Shown here one piece after another: positions 45,229-54,593 of a DNA stretch of 64,000 nucleotides. Position numbers and translations under genes: made by a program. Position 1 is the stretch's first letter; each line of letters begins with the position of its first letter. The DNA comes from an uncultured Nitrospiraceae bacterium (lineage in GTDB: Bacteria; Nitrospirota; Nitrospiria; Nitrospirales; Nitrospiraceae): NCBI GenBank assembly GCA_963730935.1, contig CAVSTP010000004.1, forward strand, positions 480,001 through 544,000, given 5' to 3'. Under the pieces are notes generated by a model. The model was not told the DNA's origin. It saw only the letters and a list, made by a program, of their open reading frames with translations, and did not search any database.

Positions 45229-46329
45229 TCAAAACTTCTCGATCAGTACTTCGGCGAACGTGAAGCTGCCTTGATCGACGGAGAAGAACAACGACTCCAC
45301 TGGACCCTGCGTGAAATATTCCACCGTGACGTAGTGGCTCCCTAAACCTCCCGCGCTTGTATTAGGTCCACTCCAGGCCTGCCACACGAAATAAGAATGG
45401 CCGTAAAAGTTATAGCCATGAAGGGTTGCCTTCCCGCCACCAGCTCCATAGAAATCGATCAAATACCAGCCAGGAGGGCCAGACGCAGTTTGGATCACCT
45501 TGACATTGTGCATGGGGGGACCACTGGATTGGGTGGGTGCTCGAAAGCATGATTCGTTCTTCAGCAGGTACGTGGTGGCTCCTGAGGAAGTCGTCGTCAG
45601 CGAGGCTCCGTACAAACTCATGTAGGCGTTGTTAGGGAGAGGCGAGAAGGGAGTTTGAGGAGTGAGCCTGACGGAATAGGCTAATTGAGCATGCGCTTCG
45701 GTGGCGACAAAGGGATTAACGAAATTCCAAAGGAAGGAGAGCAGATCAAGCGGCTCATGTACATTGAAGCCACTCCGAAACGGCTGTACCCGTTGAGCCT
45801 CTTGGGCTTTCTTCCTGACTACTGGATCGGGGTGGTTGAGGAGTATATGACGTAATTGCTGTGTCGTCAGTCTGCCTTGATTGATTCTCTTCAGGTCCTG
45901 CTCAGCTTCTTGACGCTCAACCTGGCTGTCTGACGGCTCGCCGCCGGACTGCCGAGGCGTTCCCGGTGCTCCCGAGACAGTGCGCTGGGCTTTTGTCCTA
46001 ATGCTTGGATCAGGATGGTTAAGGAGCATTTGACGGAGCTGCGGCGCCGTGAGCCTCCCTTGCTTGATACTCCTCAAAGCATTCTCAGCTTGTTGCACTT
46101 CCGCAAGCATTTCTGGCTGCACCTGTCCCTTCTGCACTGGCACCGCACGCTCTTGAACTTCGCCAGCCGATGGCTCGGGTGAGGCTTCTGGGGCGGACTC
46201 GATCACCGCGGGAGCGGGGTCACCGGCAGGGGAGACCTCGACTGGTGCTGGTGGATCCGCAATCGTCAGTCCCACATAAAGCAGAAGCACGTTCCCGATC
46301 ACAATCACTGCACAATTGACGGGTCTCAT
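45229..46329 (-). CDS. Secreted hypothetical protein with GEVQER motif and an internal repeat
   Basis: Signal peptide; two copies of I.QGRLT..QLR..LLNHPDP..R.KAQ. Confidence 0.7.
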   Translation of the reverse strand: MRPVNCAVIVIGNVLLLYVGLTIADPPAPVEVSPAGDPAPAVIESAPEASPEPSAGEVQERAVPVQKGQVQPEMLAEVQQAENALRSIKQGRLTAPQLRQMLLNHPDPSIRTKAQRTVSGAPGTPRQSGGEPSDSQVERQEAEQDLKRINQGRLTTQQLRHILLNHPDPVVRKKAQEAQRVQPFRSGFNVHEPLDLLSFLWNFVNPFVATEAHAQLAYSVRLTPQTPFSPLPNNAYMSLYGASLTTTSSGATTYLLKNESCFRAPTQSSGPPMHNVKVIQTASGPPGWYLIDFYGAGGGKATLHGYNFYGHSYFVWQAWSGPNTSAGGLGSHYVTVEYFTQGPVESLFFSVDQGSFTFAEVLIEKF

Positions 46330-46892
46330 GGCTGTCTCTCCCTTCGCTCGACTGAGGAGTCAGCGTGTCTTGTCTGCAACTTCTTTTTCAGTGCACGTTG
46401 GATCTGAATCGGCGTGAGGTAGAACCTGCGCAACCCACGAACGCGGCTGCCATCGTAGGAGCCGATCGCTCCAAGACCTTGCCCGCCGGGGAGCAGCAAC
46501 ACGACGTGTGGAAACTTCTCGTCATCTGTGACGTAGAGGGCAATCGGGGTCGCGATGTCCTCTGTGTGACTGGTGACGATCGCCTCGACTGTCAGCGCGG
46601 GCTGGCCCTTCTGAGGCACAAGCTTCAAGCGATGTGCCTCGGCTGTAAAGACGTGATACGTGTCTGGGCCCGCGACGGTGTCCGTCACATCCGGTGCAAT
46701 GAAGTGGACCGGTTGATCGAGCGAGACAGCATCGAGCGTTTCGGCTTGCAGCAGTTCGAGGGTGATCCCGGCTGATTCGTTTCCCTTGTCGAGAGGTTCT
46801 CCCGCGCAATGTTGGCTGAACGACAGATTGAGCACTCCAACGGCAGTGATGAAGAGGAGGGCCGGTAGGAAGACGCGCACTCGGTCGCGCAT
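46326..46892 (-). CDS. Secreted hypothetical protein
   Basis: Signal peptide; ATGA coupling to the downstream gene. Confidence 0.7.
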   Translation of the reverse strand: MRDRVRVFLPALLFITAVGVLNLSFSQHCAGEPLDKGNESAGITLELLQAETLDAVSLDQPVHFIAPDVTDTVAGPDTYHVFTAEAHRLKLVPQKGQPALTVEAIVTSHTEDIATPIALYVTDDEKFPHVVLLLPGGQGLGAIGSYDGSRVRGLRRFYLTPIQIQRALKKKLQTRHADSSVERRERQP

Positions 46893-46932
46893 GGCGACAC
46901 CTGCCTCAATGTGGGAGGAGCAGGGTCTCAGC

Positions 46933-47012
46933 TTCTATGCGGTGAGTCGCGGGAATTGTCTGGCGGGTTCAAGAAAAGTGCAAGAGGAAAAACGCGATTG
47001 GGAGAATATACG
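46933..47012 (-). promoter_or_regulatory. Conserved upstream region, copy 1 (TTGCAC-N17-GACAAT)
   Basis: About 80 bp homologous to 53229-53308. Confidence 0.6.
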
Positions 47013-47724
47013 TGTATTCATGTGCCGATAGCTTCTTCTACCTTTCATAGTTCTCAGCGCACCAAATCATAGCCTAGAATCAATGCCTTATGGCCCCTGC
47101 TACCAGAGTGCTACCGGTCTCAATGAGACGCAAGTGGACGTTATGGTGTGAATGGTAGCGCAGCGGTCACTCCCCGAATTTAGATCAGATCGTGCCTAAT
47201 GTCGACTTCAGCCATCGGCACAGCCCCCCATCGGGTTCACGCTTGGTTCCATCTTGGGTTTGCACGCAACAGAACAAACGTGCGAGTGCGGTCACGCTTA
47301 GTCTAGGATCACTGGTGCGATTTTTAAATCCTGGACTTTAGCGTATATCACTCTTAGGCGCTCGTTCTGCTCCCTAATAGCGGTTATTTCAGAAGGATCG
47401 CAGGGGTTTGTATTCAAAACTGTACCTAGTATATATACTTAGTATTCACAGCGGGCTATCATTTTTTGGGGGAGAGAGACATACTTTTTCGCGCTCGGCT
47501 TTGTGATGTACTGGATCTGAGAGTTCAATCCTGTGCAAACCAGGAATCCACGGCCACTGCTGGACAGGTAGTCGGAGCTTTTATGGGATCGCAATGGATG
47601 CGAACTGCTCCACCCCTCAGACATTGCTCCCCATTACCCTAAAGGTTTCCTTACTGGGCTAATTGCGTTAGTCCGTGTGCGAACCGTGAAAATGAGAACA
47701 ATGGCCATATCATCGAGGTGATCT

Positions 47725-49515
47725 ATGTACTCCGGTTTTTACGGTTTTACCACGGAGCCATTTCAAAACACCCCGGACCTCGATTTTCTCTTCCTTAGTC
47801 CAAATCATAAAGAAGCGTTAGCGTGCATTGAATACGGCATTAGACAACGTAAAGGGTTCATCGCGATCACTGGCGAGGCGGGAGTTGGAAAAACCATAAT
47901 ACTTCGCTCCTATCTCACCAAAGTCGATGCAAATAAACAGAAAACGATTTATATCCTCAATCCCAGGGTCAGTTTCGACAGTCTTCTCACCACCATTCTC
48001 AAAGAATTAAGCGCGGAACCTGTCGCTGGCCCTGTAACACAGAAGCTCAACCAACTGCACGAGGTGTTGATAGCCGAATACCGCAATGACCACACGGTGC
48101 TCCTCATTATCGACGAAGCCCAGAACATACCTATCGAAACGTTGGAAAGTATTCGCATGCTGTCCAACTTAGAAACCGCAAGGGAGAAGTTAATTCAGGT
48201 AATCCTTATGGGCCAGCCAGAGTTGCACGCATTGCTCAACCGCTATGAGTTGCGCCAAGTTCGTGAGCGAATTGTCCTTCGGGCAAAAATTGCACCGCTC
48301 ACCAAAACTGAGAGTGAAGACTACATTGATCACCGGCTCAGCGTTGTGAGAAGAGAGCCACGGGCTGTCTTTTCAAAGCAAGCGCTCGATCGAATTGTGA
48401 AATCCGCAAATGGTATTCCACGAAGACTGAACATTCTCTGTGATGCCGTGCTCATTGCAGGATTTGAATATCGGCAAGCGATCATTTCAGGCAGGATTGC
48501 GAAGGAGGCAATTGCAGTTTTCAATGGTTTATCTCAGCCTGCTCGAAGGCTTCAGCCGCGGTACGCCGTGGGCATGCTGAGTGTGGTTTTAGTGGTCGTC
48601 TTCTATCTTATCTATCTCACGGCCATACCAGGTATTACGGTCAGCGGCCCCTCAGAGGATACGGACCAAAACAACGAACCCCCAAAGCCCGTTCTGGGAA
48701 GTATCGGAACAGATCAACTATTTGCACGCGACACCCGCGATACCGACTCCGTGCCGCCAGCACGCTTGGTCAGTGAGCTCGACGCAAAAGAGGGCAACGA
48801 TCTATCCCGAGCGGAGAGGATTGAGTTAAGTGAAACGGCCAGGCTTTTGGCCGTTCTTTTGGATTCTGGAAGGGTTGTCCTGGGACGAGCACAGTCCACG
48901 ATCAACAATCCCAGAATTGGGGAGAAAGGGTTTTCCTCGAGTGTTTTTGAAGGTCAACTGAGGAAAGAGTTTCAGACAAGAACTGGGCATGATCTGCACA
49001 ATCTTGCCGTTGCGCCGATGCCGGAATCCGCCAAACCCTTACTCCTCCGGCTGGCCTTCTTCATGCAAAAAGCCGTACATGATGTGCAACCCGACATCAA
49101 CAAGAAGGGGATCGGGTTTAAAGGCTTCATCCCCGCCACATTTGGAACGCAGGTGGCCGATAGCTTCTCGAAGGACACCGGTTTAGAGTTGCGGCAGATT
49201 GGCCCGCCCGGCACCGAGCCGCGAAACCCGAATAACAAACCGAATGAACAGGAGGAGCAACTCCTTTACGACGTGCAGAAAAATCATCCCCGGGTTGGAG
49301 ATCACATTGTAGAGCAAGAGCTGGCTGATAGTCGTGGTGTTCGCGTCATGCTCCCCCTCTTTTACAGCAAACAATGCCTTGCCTGTCATGGCAACCCCAA
49401 GGGACAGGTCGACATCTCCGGGTATCAAAAAGAAGGCTTCAAGGAGGGAGACTTAGGAGGGGCCATTTCTATTGTGCTTTCTGCTCAGAACAAGCTCACA
49501 AAGAGCAGCGAATGA
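47725..49515 (+). CDS. ExeA/GspA-like AAA ATPase fused to a DUF3365 (Tll0287-like) heme-c domain
   Basis: MY..FYGF..EPF..TPD, GEAGVGKT, IIDEAQ, GQPEL, GIPR.LN; TM; RNP.NKP, CLACHG, G.LGGAIS. Confidence 0.8.
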   Translation: MYSGFYGFTTEPFQNTPDLDFLFLSPNHKEALACIEYGIRQRKGFIAITGEAGVGKTIILRSYLTKVDANKQKTIYILNPRVSFDSLLTTILKELSAEPVAGPVTQKLNQLHEVLIAEYRNDHTVLLIIDEAQNIPIETLESIRMLSNLETAREKLIQVILMGQPELHALLNRYELRQVRERIVLRAKIAPLTKTESEDYIDHRLSVVRREPRAVFSKQALDRIVKSANGIPRRLNILCDAVLIAGFEYRQAIISGRIAKEAIAVFNGLSQPARRLQPRYAVGMLSVVLVVVFYLIYLTAIPGITVSGPSEDTDQNNEPPKPVLGSIGTDQLFARDTRDTDSVPPARLVSELDAKEGNDLSRAERIELSETARLLAVLLDSGRVVLGRAQSTINNPRIGEKGFSSSVFEGQLRKEFQTRTGHDLHNLAVAPMPESAKPLLLRLAFFMQKAVHDVQPDINKKGIGFKGFIPATFGTQVADSFSKDTGLELRQIGPPGTEPRNPNNKPNEQEEQLLYDVQKNHPRVGDHIVEQELADSRGVRVMLPLFYSKQCLACHGNPKGQVDISGYQKEGFKEGDLGGAISIVLSAQNKLTKSSE

Positions 49516-49724
49516 GTCGAATTTTTGAAGCCTTTCAACACGCCGAGGAAGAACGGCTTCAACGGTCTGCGGAAGAGCAGAGGGGCTTTCAGGGACGGAT
49601 TTCTGAGCGGACTGGCACCGACCGTCGCAGCGCAAGCACGTGCTCGCGGATATCCTCGCGGCAACCATTGGTGGCAACTGGCAAGACACTTCCCGTTGAC
49701 ACGGGAATGAAGACCAAGCGCTGA
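49512..49724 (+). pseudogene. Truncated ExeB/GspB- or Wzc-like N-terminus
   Basis: MSRIFEAFQHAEEER, coupled to the exeA-like stop; only 70 aa. Confidence 0.5.
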
Positions 49725-49767
49725 AAGCGGCATATATTGGAGCAAGACCCTCGACCGGGTCTCTCGT

Positions 49768-51927
49768 ATGATAGACCAGCAATCAACACAATGGTATCAG
49801 AGTGCAATCGATCAACTGACGCGAATCGCGGCGGCGATTCATCGGCACCATGACCTCGATTTGAAGACAGTGTCGTCGCTTGCGTCGGATATTGTGGAGT
49901 CGCTTAGCCGGAGTGACCAGCTGGTAGTCGAAGCCCTCGCGGGATCTAGCGGGTCACAATTGATCACGAATCTGATCAATGTCGGAATCTTGGCGACGAA
50001 GGTGGGGATAGGGCTCGGGTATTACCCGATGGAGTTAGAACGGCTGGCCCTGGCTGGGCTGGTGCATGATATCGGCCTCCTTGCCTTCCCGCAATCACTG
50101 GTTACCAAAGCCGGTCGCCTGACACCTGAAGAGCGCATGCTCATCGAGCAACATCCCGAACTGGGCTATCAAGCGGTGCGGAAGCTCGGAACGACGCATG
50201 ACTGGCTGGCGGAGGTAGTCCGCCAGGCTCACGAACGGTGGAATGGGCAAGGCTACCCCAATAAACTCAAGGGTCGCCAGATCAACGAATTCGCTCAAAT
50301 CATCGCTGTCGTGGATGTCTTTGATGCACTGGTCAGTCCCCGTACCTATCGTCGCCGATTCCTTCCTCACGAGGCCGTGCGCGAGCTCGTGGCGGTCGAG
50401 AGAACGGCGTTTCCGCGGAAAGTCATCAAGGCGTTGGTCGAACAGCTCTCGGCCTATCCGATTGGAACCTCGGTCCGGCTGTCGACCGGTGAGCTGGGCA
50501 CAGTGATCCGTGTCAATACTCGCTTTCCACTCCGTCCGATGGTCTTGATCGGTGAATGCCCGACGGATGGCTCCGCAGCACGGCAAGTCGATCTGAGTAC
50601 GTCACCATGGGTGACGATCATTGAGACCGTCGAGCCTCCCGATGTCGCGCGTATATCATTTCCAATACGACCGCTGGCGCTCCCTGTCACGGAACATCCC
50701 TGCCGCTTTCCTGCCGTTCTGTCGCCAAGGAATCGGGCCGCTCTTGATGCAATCGCGAATGTGATTCAAGAGGTGGTGGAGTCAGTCGCGTCTGTCCGTC
50801 AAGGTGTCGACAGCCTTTCCGAAGGGGAGACGAGGTGGCCGCATCGACGCATGGCTGTTCAAGAGTTGATGAATGCCTCGTTTGAAAAAGAAGTCGTGGG
50901 GTTGTTTGCCCTGGAAGCACACGAATGGTTGGCGCAGATTCAGAGGGCGCTGAAGCTGCTGACTGAGGGGGACGATCAAGCCGTTCGACCAAAGCTCTAC
51001 GGTATCATTCTGCAGGGGATCACCAATCTCGCGAAGTCAGCGGCGACCGTTCAGCTATCGGCCATTGAACAGATGGCCATGAACCTCTTGCCGATTCTGC
51101 ATGAGGTCAGACGGCAGGAGCCGCGCCCAGCCGCGGCGGCGCTAAACTGGTTCCATGAAGGCTTAGTAGGCATCAGCACAGCCATTCACCGTCTGACCAA
51201 TGATCACGCGGAACAACCTATCGCGCAATTTCCTGACGGTGGGAACTCACCCATTGAGGCTCCATCCTCCCATTGCTTGTCGAACCGCCAACAGGTGGCC
51301 ACACCGCAGCCAGTCATTCAGTCATCAGAGGCGAGCGAGCCACCGCTTCTGAAAGCCTTACGTGAACTTCAGCAAGCTCGAGCAAGGTCTGTGCAGCCCA
51401 CCAGAGATGTCTTGGAAGCAGTCATCCTTAGGGCTGGACACGAGGCGGGAGATATAGGCGTATCTGTAATGAAACGCATTCTCAATGAGTTACATATACT
51501 TGATGAACAATTTCTTGAAGACGTCAACCGGCGGGTTCCGGTGATCATGCAAGCACTTCACAACTTACGAAGTCAGGAGAAAACCGATTCAGTGACCGCT
51601 TCTCAACTCGATCCAATCGTGTGCGAAATTGATGCACTTTACGATCTGGCGAATCGTGTCCAAGCCTCAATGATGGCCATGTTCCTCCACGGTCTTCGGT
51701 CGTTCCTACTCGATCTAGCGAATCGTGTCCGAGCCTCAATGATGACCATGTTCCTCGACGGTCTTCGGTCGTTCCTACTCGTGAGCGCCTACAGAAAGGA
51801 CTCGACGCTGCCTCAATGGCTTGAGATGGTCGAAGCACGAGTGCAGACCCTCATTCCAATGGCCGAACAGTGGGTCAATATTGGCCGGACCGAACGGGCA
51901 GACATCAGTGAAATTCTACGAGCCTAG
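49768..51927 (+). CDS. HD-GYP phosphodiesterase-like protein with C-terminal helical (Hpt-like) domains
   Basis: VHDIG, HERWNGQGYP, DVFDAL..R.YR; LFALEAHEWL..I. Confidence 0.85.
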   Translation: MIDQQSTQWYQSAIDQLTRIAAAIHRHHDLDLKTVSSLASDIVESLSRSDQLVVEALAGSSGSQLITNLINVGILATKVGIGLGYYPMELERLALAGLVHDIGLLAFPQSLVTKAGRLTPEERMLIEQHPELGYQAVRKLGTTHDWLAEVVRQAHERWNGQGYPNKLKGRQINEFAQIIAVVDVFDALVSPRTYRRRFLPHEAVRELVAVERTAFPRKVIKALVEQLSAYPIGTSVRLSTGELGTVIRVNTRFPLRPMVLIGECPTDGSAARQVDLSTSPWVTIIETVEPPDVARISFPIRPLALPVTEHPCRFPAVLSPRNRAALDAIANVIQEVVESVASVRQGVDSLSEGETRWPHRRMAVQELMNASFEKEVVGLFALEAHEWLAQIQRALKLLTEGDDQAVRPKLYGIILQGITNLAKSAATVQLSAIEQMAMNLLPILHEVRRQEPRPAAAALNWFHEGLVGISTAIHRLTNDHAEQPIAQFPDGGNSPIEAPSSHCLSNRQQVATPQPVIQSSEASEPPLLKALRELQQARARSVQPTRDVLEAVILRAGHEAGDIGVSVMKRILNELHILDEQFLEDVNRRVPVIMQALHNLRSQEKTDSVTASQLDPIVCEIDALYDLANRVQASMMAMFLHGLRSFLLDLANRVRASMMTMFLDGLRSFLLVSAYRKDSTLPQWLEMVEARVQTLIPMAEQWVNIGRTERADISEILRA
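51643..51780 (+). repeat. In-frame 69-bp tandem duplication
   Basis: DLANRVQASMMAMFLHGLRSFLL / DLANRVRASMMTMFLDGLRSFLL. Confidence 0.92.
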
Positions 51928-52128
51928 CCCGACGGACGATCCTTTCCTCCTTCCAACCCATCACCTCGGTTGCCATGGTACTAAGCAACCTGGTTCATTA
52001 GTTCGATGCCCCTCAGAACTTGTGGGGTGGCTGCCGATTGGGAACCAAGGCGCTGCAGATCGTCTGGACGGCTCAAGCACTGGATGTGGTAACAGAACGG
52101 TAGCAAACCCTGGAGCGGAATCGTCTAG

Positions 52129-52178
52129 GTTGTGGAGCTGGCGAGAGGAATTGAACCTCCAACCTGTGGTTTACAAAA
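52129..52178 (-). repeat. att site: second copy of the tRNA-Thr 3' half
   Basis: 50 bp identical to 61250-61299. Confidence 0.92.
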
Positions 52179-52407
52179 ACCAATCGATTCAAATCTCCCT
52201 GAGTGGAAGGGGATTGATGAACAAGGCAAACGCCATGATCAAAACGATGAATAGTGCATTGGCTTGTGACATTGAATTGCGCCCAGTGTGAACCTGTAAG
52301 TAGGCGACGGTTACATTTACGGTTACACTTTACTCAACTTGCGAGGCGCCCGGGCCCCAAGGCCAGAGCGCCGAGCACGCAGATGTGCATGGTACCTTGC
52401 CGAGAGA

Positions 52408-52468
52408 CCCACCCTTGGGAGGGGTGTCTGCGGTCACGCCGTAGGCCAGTCAGGTAAAGCGGCATACA
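52408..52468 (+). repeat. 62-bp element R1 (1-nt deletion)
   Basis: CCCACCCTTGGGA-GGGGTGTC N15 GGCCAGTCAGGTAAAG N4 ATACA. Confidence 0.88.
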
Positions 52469-52659
52469 TGGTCAGCTCGAAAGCCGCGTCGGCTCACCCC
52501 GGCGCCGGTGGATGGGTGCTCTGGCCTGGCCGCTCGTTCGCTAGTGTTAGGAAGGCCGCGCATCAAAAATACCGCCGGTCAACAAAACTGTCGCTATTGA
52601 CATGGCAATCATTGCATGGCGCCCTCCTCAGGCTGAGGTAGCTTTTCAGGGAGCTTTCT

Positions 52660-53115
52660 TTAGCGCTCCCTCGGAGGTCCAACTTTCATCGGCGCCACTG
52701 TCCATCCACATTGGCCACTGCACGGACCGTTCGCGCTTTTGGCACAGACGGCAACATCCGTGGGACCAGATGGGGTCATAAATCCAGTATTAGAGATACT
52801 TGGAACACAATTACCCGTCCCCTGGACGCACCCGCAACTGAGAAGCAATGAATCCCCGCCTCCCGCTTTCTGCCTTGCCATCATTTGATTGTTCGCTCCC
52901 TTTTCTAACACAAAACCCGGTGCGGCCCTGAGTTGATTGTCCTGCACGATGACCCCTTGGAGAGGGTCGCCTCGTTCCTGCACGTCACCGGTTGCTGGAG
53001 GTTGTTCTGTTGGAGAAGGCTTGTCTGCGGCATGAGTGAACGAGAGCCCGCCGGTGGCAAGCACCAGAGTGAAGAAACTCGATCGAAGCAATCGCGCTAG
53101 GGACAACAGATTCAT
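52660..53115 (-). CDS. Secreted protein with GDVQER motif and Cys-rich C-terminus
   Basis: AAAGGAG RBS; signal peptide; six Cys in the last 60 aa. Confidence 0.75.
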   Translation of the reverse strand: MNLLSLARLLRSSFFTLVLATGGLSFTHAADKPSPTEQPPATGDVQERGDPLQGVIVQDNQLRAAPGFVLEKGANNQMMARQKAGGGDSLLLSCGCVQGTGNCVPSISNTGFMTPSGPTDVAVCAKSANGPCSGQCGWTVAPMKVGPPRER

Positions 53116-53228
53116 TGGTAACTCCTTTCGGTTTCCTTGAGCACGGTTGTTCTGCATGGCGACAACAACCTATTAGGATAGCCAGTGCGTTGCTCACCGA
53201 CCTGGGACAAATCACATTTGTCCAAAGG

Positions 53229-53308
53229 TTCTATGGGGTGAGTCGCAGGATTGTCTGGCACGTTCAATAAAAGTGCAAGGGCGAAAACGTGGTGAGAGAA
53301 AATATTCG
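53229..53308 (-). promoter_or_regulatory. Conserved upstream region, copy 2
   Basis: Homologous to 46933-47012. Confidence 0.6.
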
Positions 53309-53390
53309 ATGGCCCGACAAGGGGCGAATTGCAGATTCACAAACTCTGGGCATGTCTATTCGAGATGGCAGCTGATGACAGCTACCCGAG

Positions 53391-53452
53391 GCCACCCTTG
53401 GGAAGGGGTGTCAGTCTGCATGACGGCTGCCAATCAGGTGAAGGCTGATACA
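53391..53452 (+). repeat. 62-bp element R2
   Basis: GCCACCCTTGGGAAGGGGTGTC N15 TGCCAATCAGGTGAAG N4 ATACA. Confidence 0.92.
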
Positions 53453-53478
53453 GGGCGAGGTGAAATGGGGAGCGAATT

Positions 53479-53907
53479 TTAGTTGCGAGGTTCTTCCATG
53501 CGAGTGCGGGGAACAGCAGCAGGAATTGCCTTGCGAATGACCTTATCCAGTTCATCGCCTGAGGTACGAGATTTCACCAAATACGCGAACGCGCCATTCT
53601 TGAGTGCGTGTTGGGGAAAGGTTTCAATATCTACACGGGTCAATATGATTACGGCTACTTCCGGGTGGTGAACACGGCGGACTAAATCTACGAGTACCTG
53701 GAAACCGGACGTGTCAGGCAAGTCCAGCTCTGAGACAACGCAATTGATCTGCATAGATTCGCAAAGGGACAATCCTGCCGCTCCAGTGTCAGCTTCGACG
53801 ATGAGATAATCCGGTGCTGAAGTGGTAAGGCGCTGGACATAGTATTGTCGGGCGTCCTTATAGGCATCGATGAAGAGAACGGTCGCAGAGGGGTAACGGA
53901 TTAGCAT
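53479..53907 (-). CDS. Stand-alone receiver domain, phosphoacceptor Asp replaced by Glu
   Basis: VLFID, CVVSELDLPDTSG, GAFAYLVK. Confidence 0.8.
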   Translation of the reverse strand: MLIRYPSATVLFIDAYKDARQYYVQRLTTSAPDYLIVEADTGAAGLSLCESMQINCVVSELDLPDTSGFQVLVDLVRRVHHPEVAVIILTRVDIETFPQHALKNGAFAYLVKSRTSGDELDKVIRKAIPAAVPRTRMEEPRN

Positions 53908-54150
53908 GAAGCGCCTTAGGGGTAAGACTCAACCGATCCTCGAATTCCCTGATAGAACAGCGGAGAGGTCGATTTTAGGAGTGCGTTGTCAGTGAAGCAA
54001 TAGGGCAGAGGGGTAATGAATTACGTGTATTTAATTATTTTGAGCCGATCAGACTGTCTTCCCGAGGCAGCGAACAACGGTCCTCTCACGGCTTCCTGAC
54101 AACCCGCGACGAAAACAGTGTCAATAGGAGCAACGTGCGTCGGATGGTGT

Positions 54151-54212
54151 GCCACCCTTGGGAAGGGGTGTCTACCATGTGGGCGACTGGCAGTCAGATA
54201 AAGACAGATACA
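54151..54212 (+). repeat. 62-bp element R3
   Basis: GCCACCCTTGGGAAGGGGTGTC N15 TGGCAGTCAGATAAAG N4 ATACA. Confidence 0.92.
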
Positions 54213-54296
54213 GGGCCGGAGAAAAACGCCGAAGATGAGTCAGCGGCAGGCAAAGAACCGATTGAAACCGATCGGACACTGTAGTTCTGCCATAGT

Positions 54297-54593
54297 TTAG
54301 CCACAGTCCCAGCGAGGTGAATTGGCAAAACTCTGGGTCAGGAAACCCGGCGGGGCAACCCGCCGCAAGGATAGAATAGGTGTCTTCTCTGCTGGCTCAC
54401 TCAGACTCGTGCGCGTATTTGTTTCGGTCGCTTTGCTGCCCTCCAATCCAGCAGTCGCTAATGCCAATGGGCTTGAGATCCAGCCACCTGGCTCTGCGGG
54501 CAAGCTATCTCGTCCTGCGACGGTAAAGCTGCTGTAAATGCCGTCGGCCGATGCCGCGCACCGCTGGCTCATCATCGACGCCTCAATGAGCAT
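54297..54593 (-). CDS. Hypothetical protein; possibly the C-terminus of the upstream lipoprotein
   Basis: TAATG overlap right after a G5 run; no separate signal peptide. Confidence 0.45.
   Translation of the reverse strand: MLIEASMMSQRCAASADGIYSSFTVAGRDSLPAEPGGWISSPLALATAGLEGSKATETNTRTSLSEPAEKTPILSLRRVAPPGFLTQSFANSPRWDCG

Larger units (their letters stand above)
44962..52178. mobile_element. tRNA-Thr-integrated island B (about 7.2 kb, no integrase seen)
   Basis: Flanked by direct att repeats; accessory cargo. Confidence 0.75.

Noticed and set aside
53413..53435. Sigma54 promoter inside the 62-bp element (TGGCAGCCGTCATGCA on the minus strand of R2)
   Set aside because: The GG-N10-GC spacing is not kept in the other four copies.
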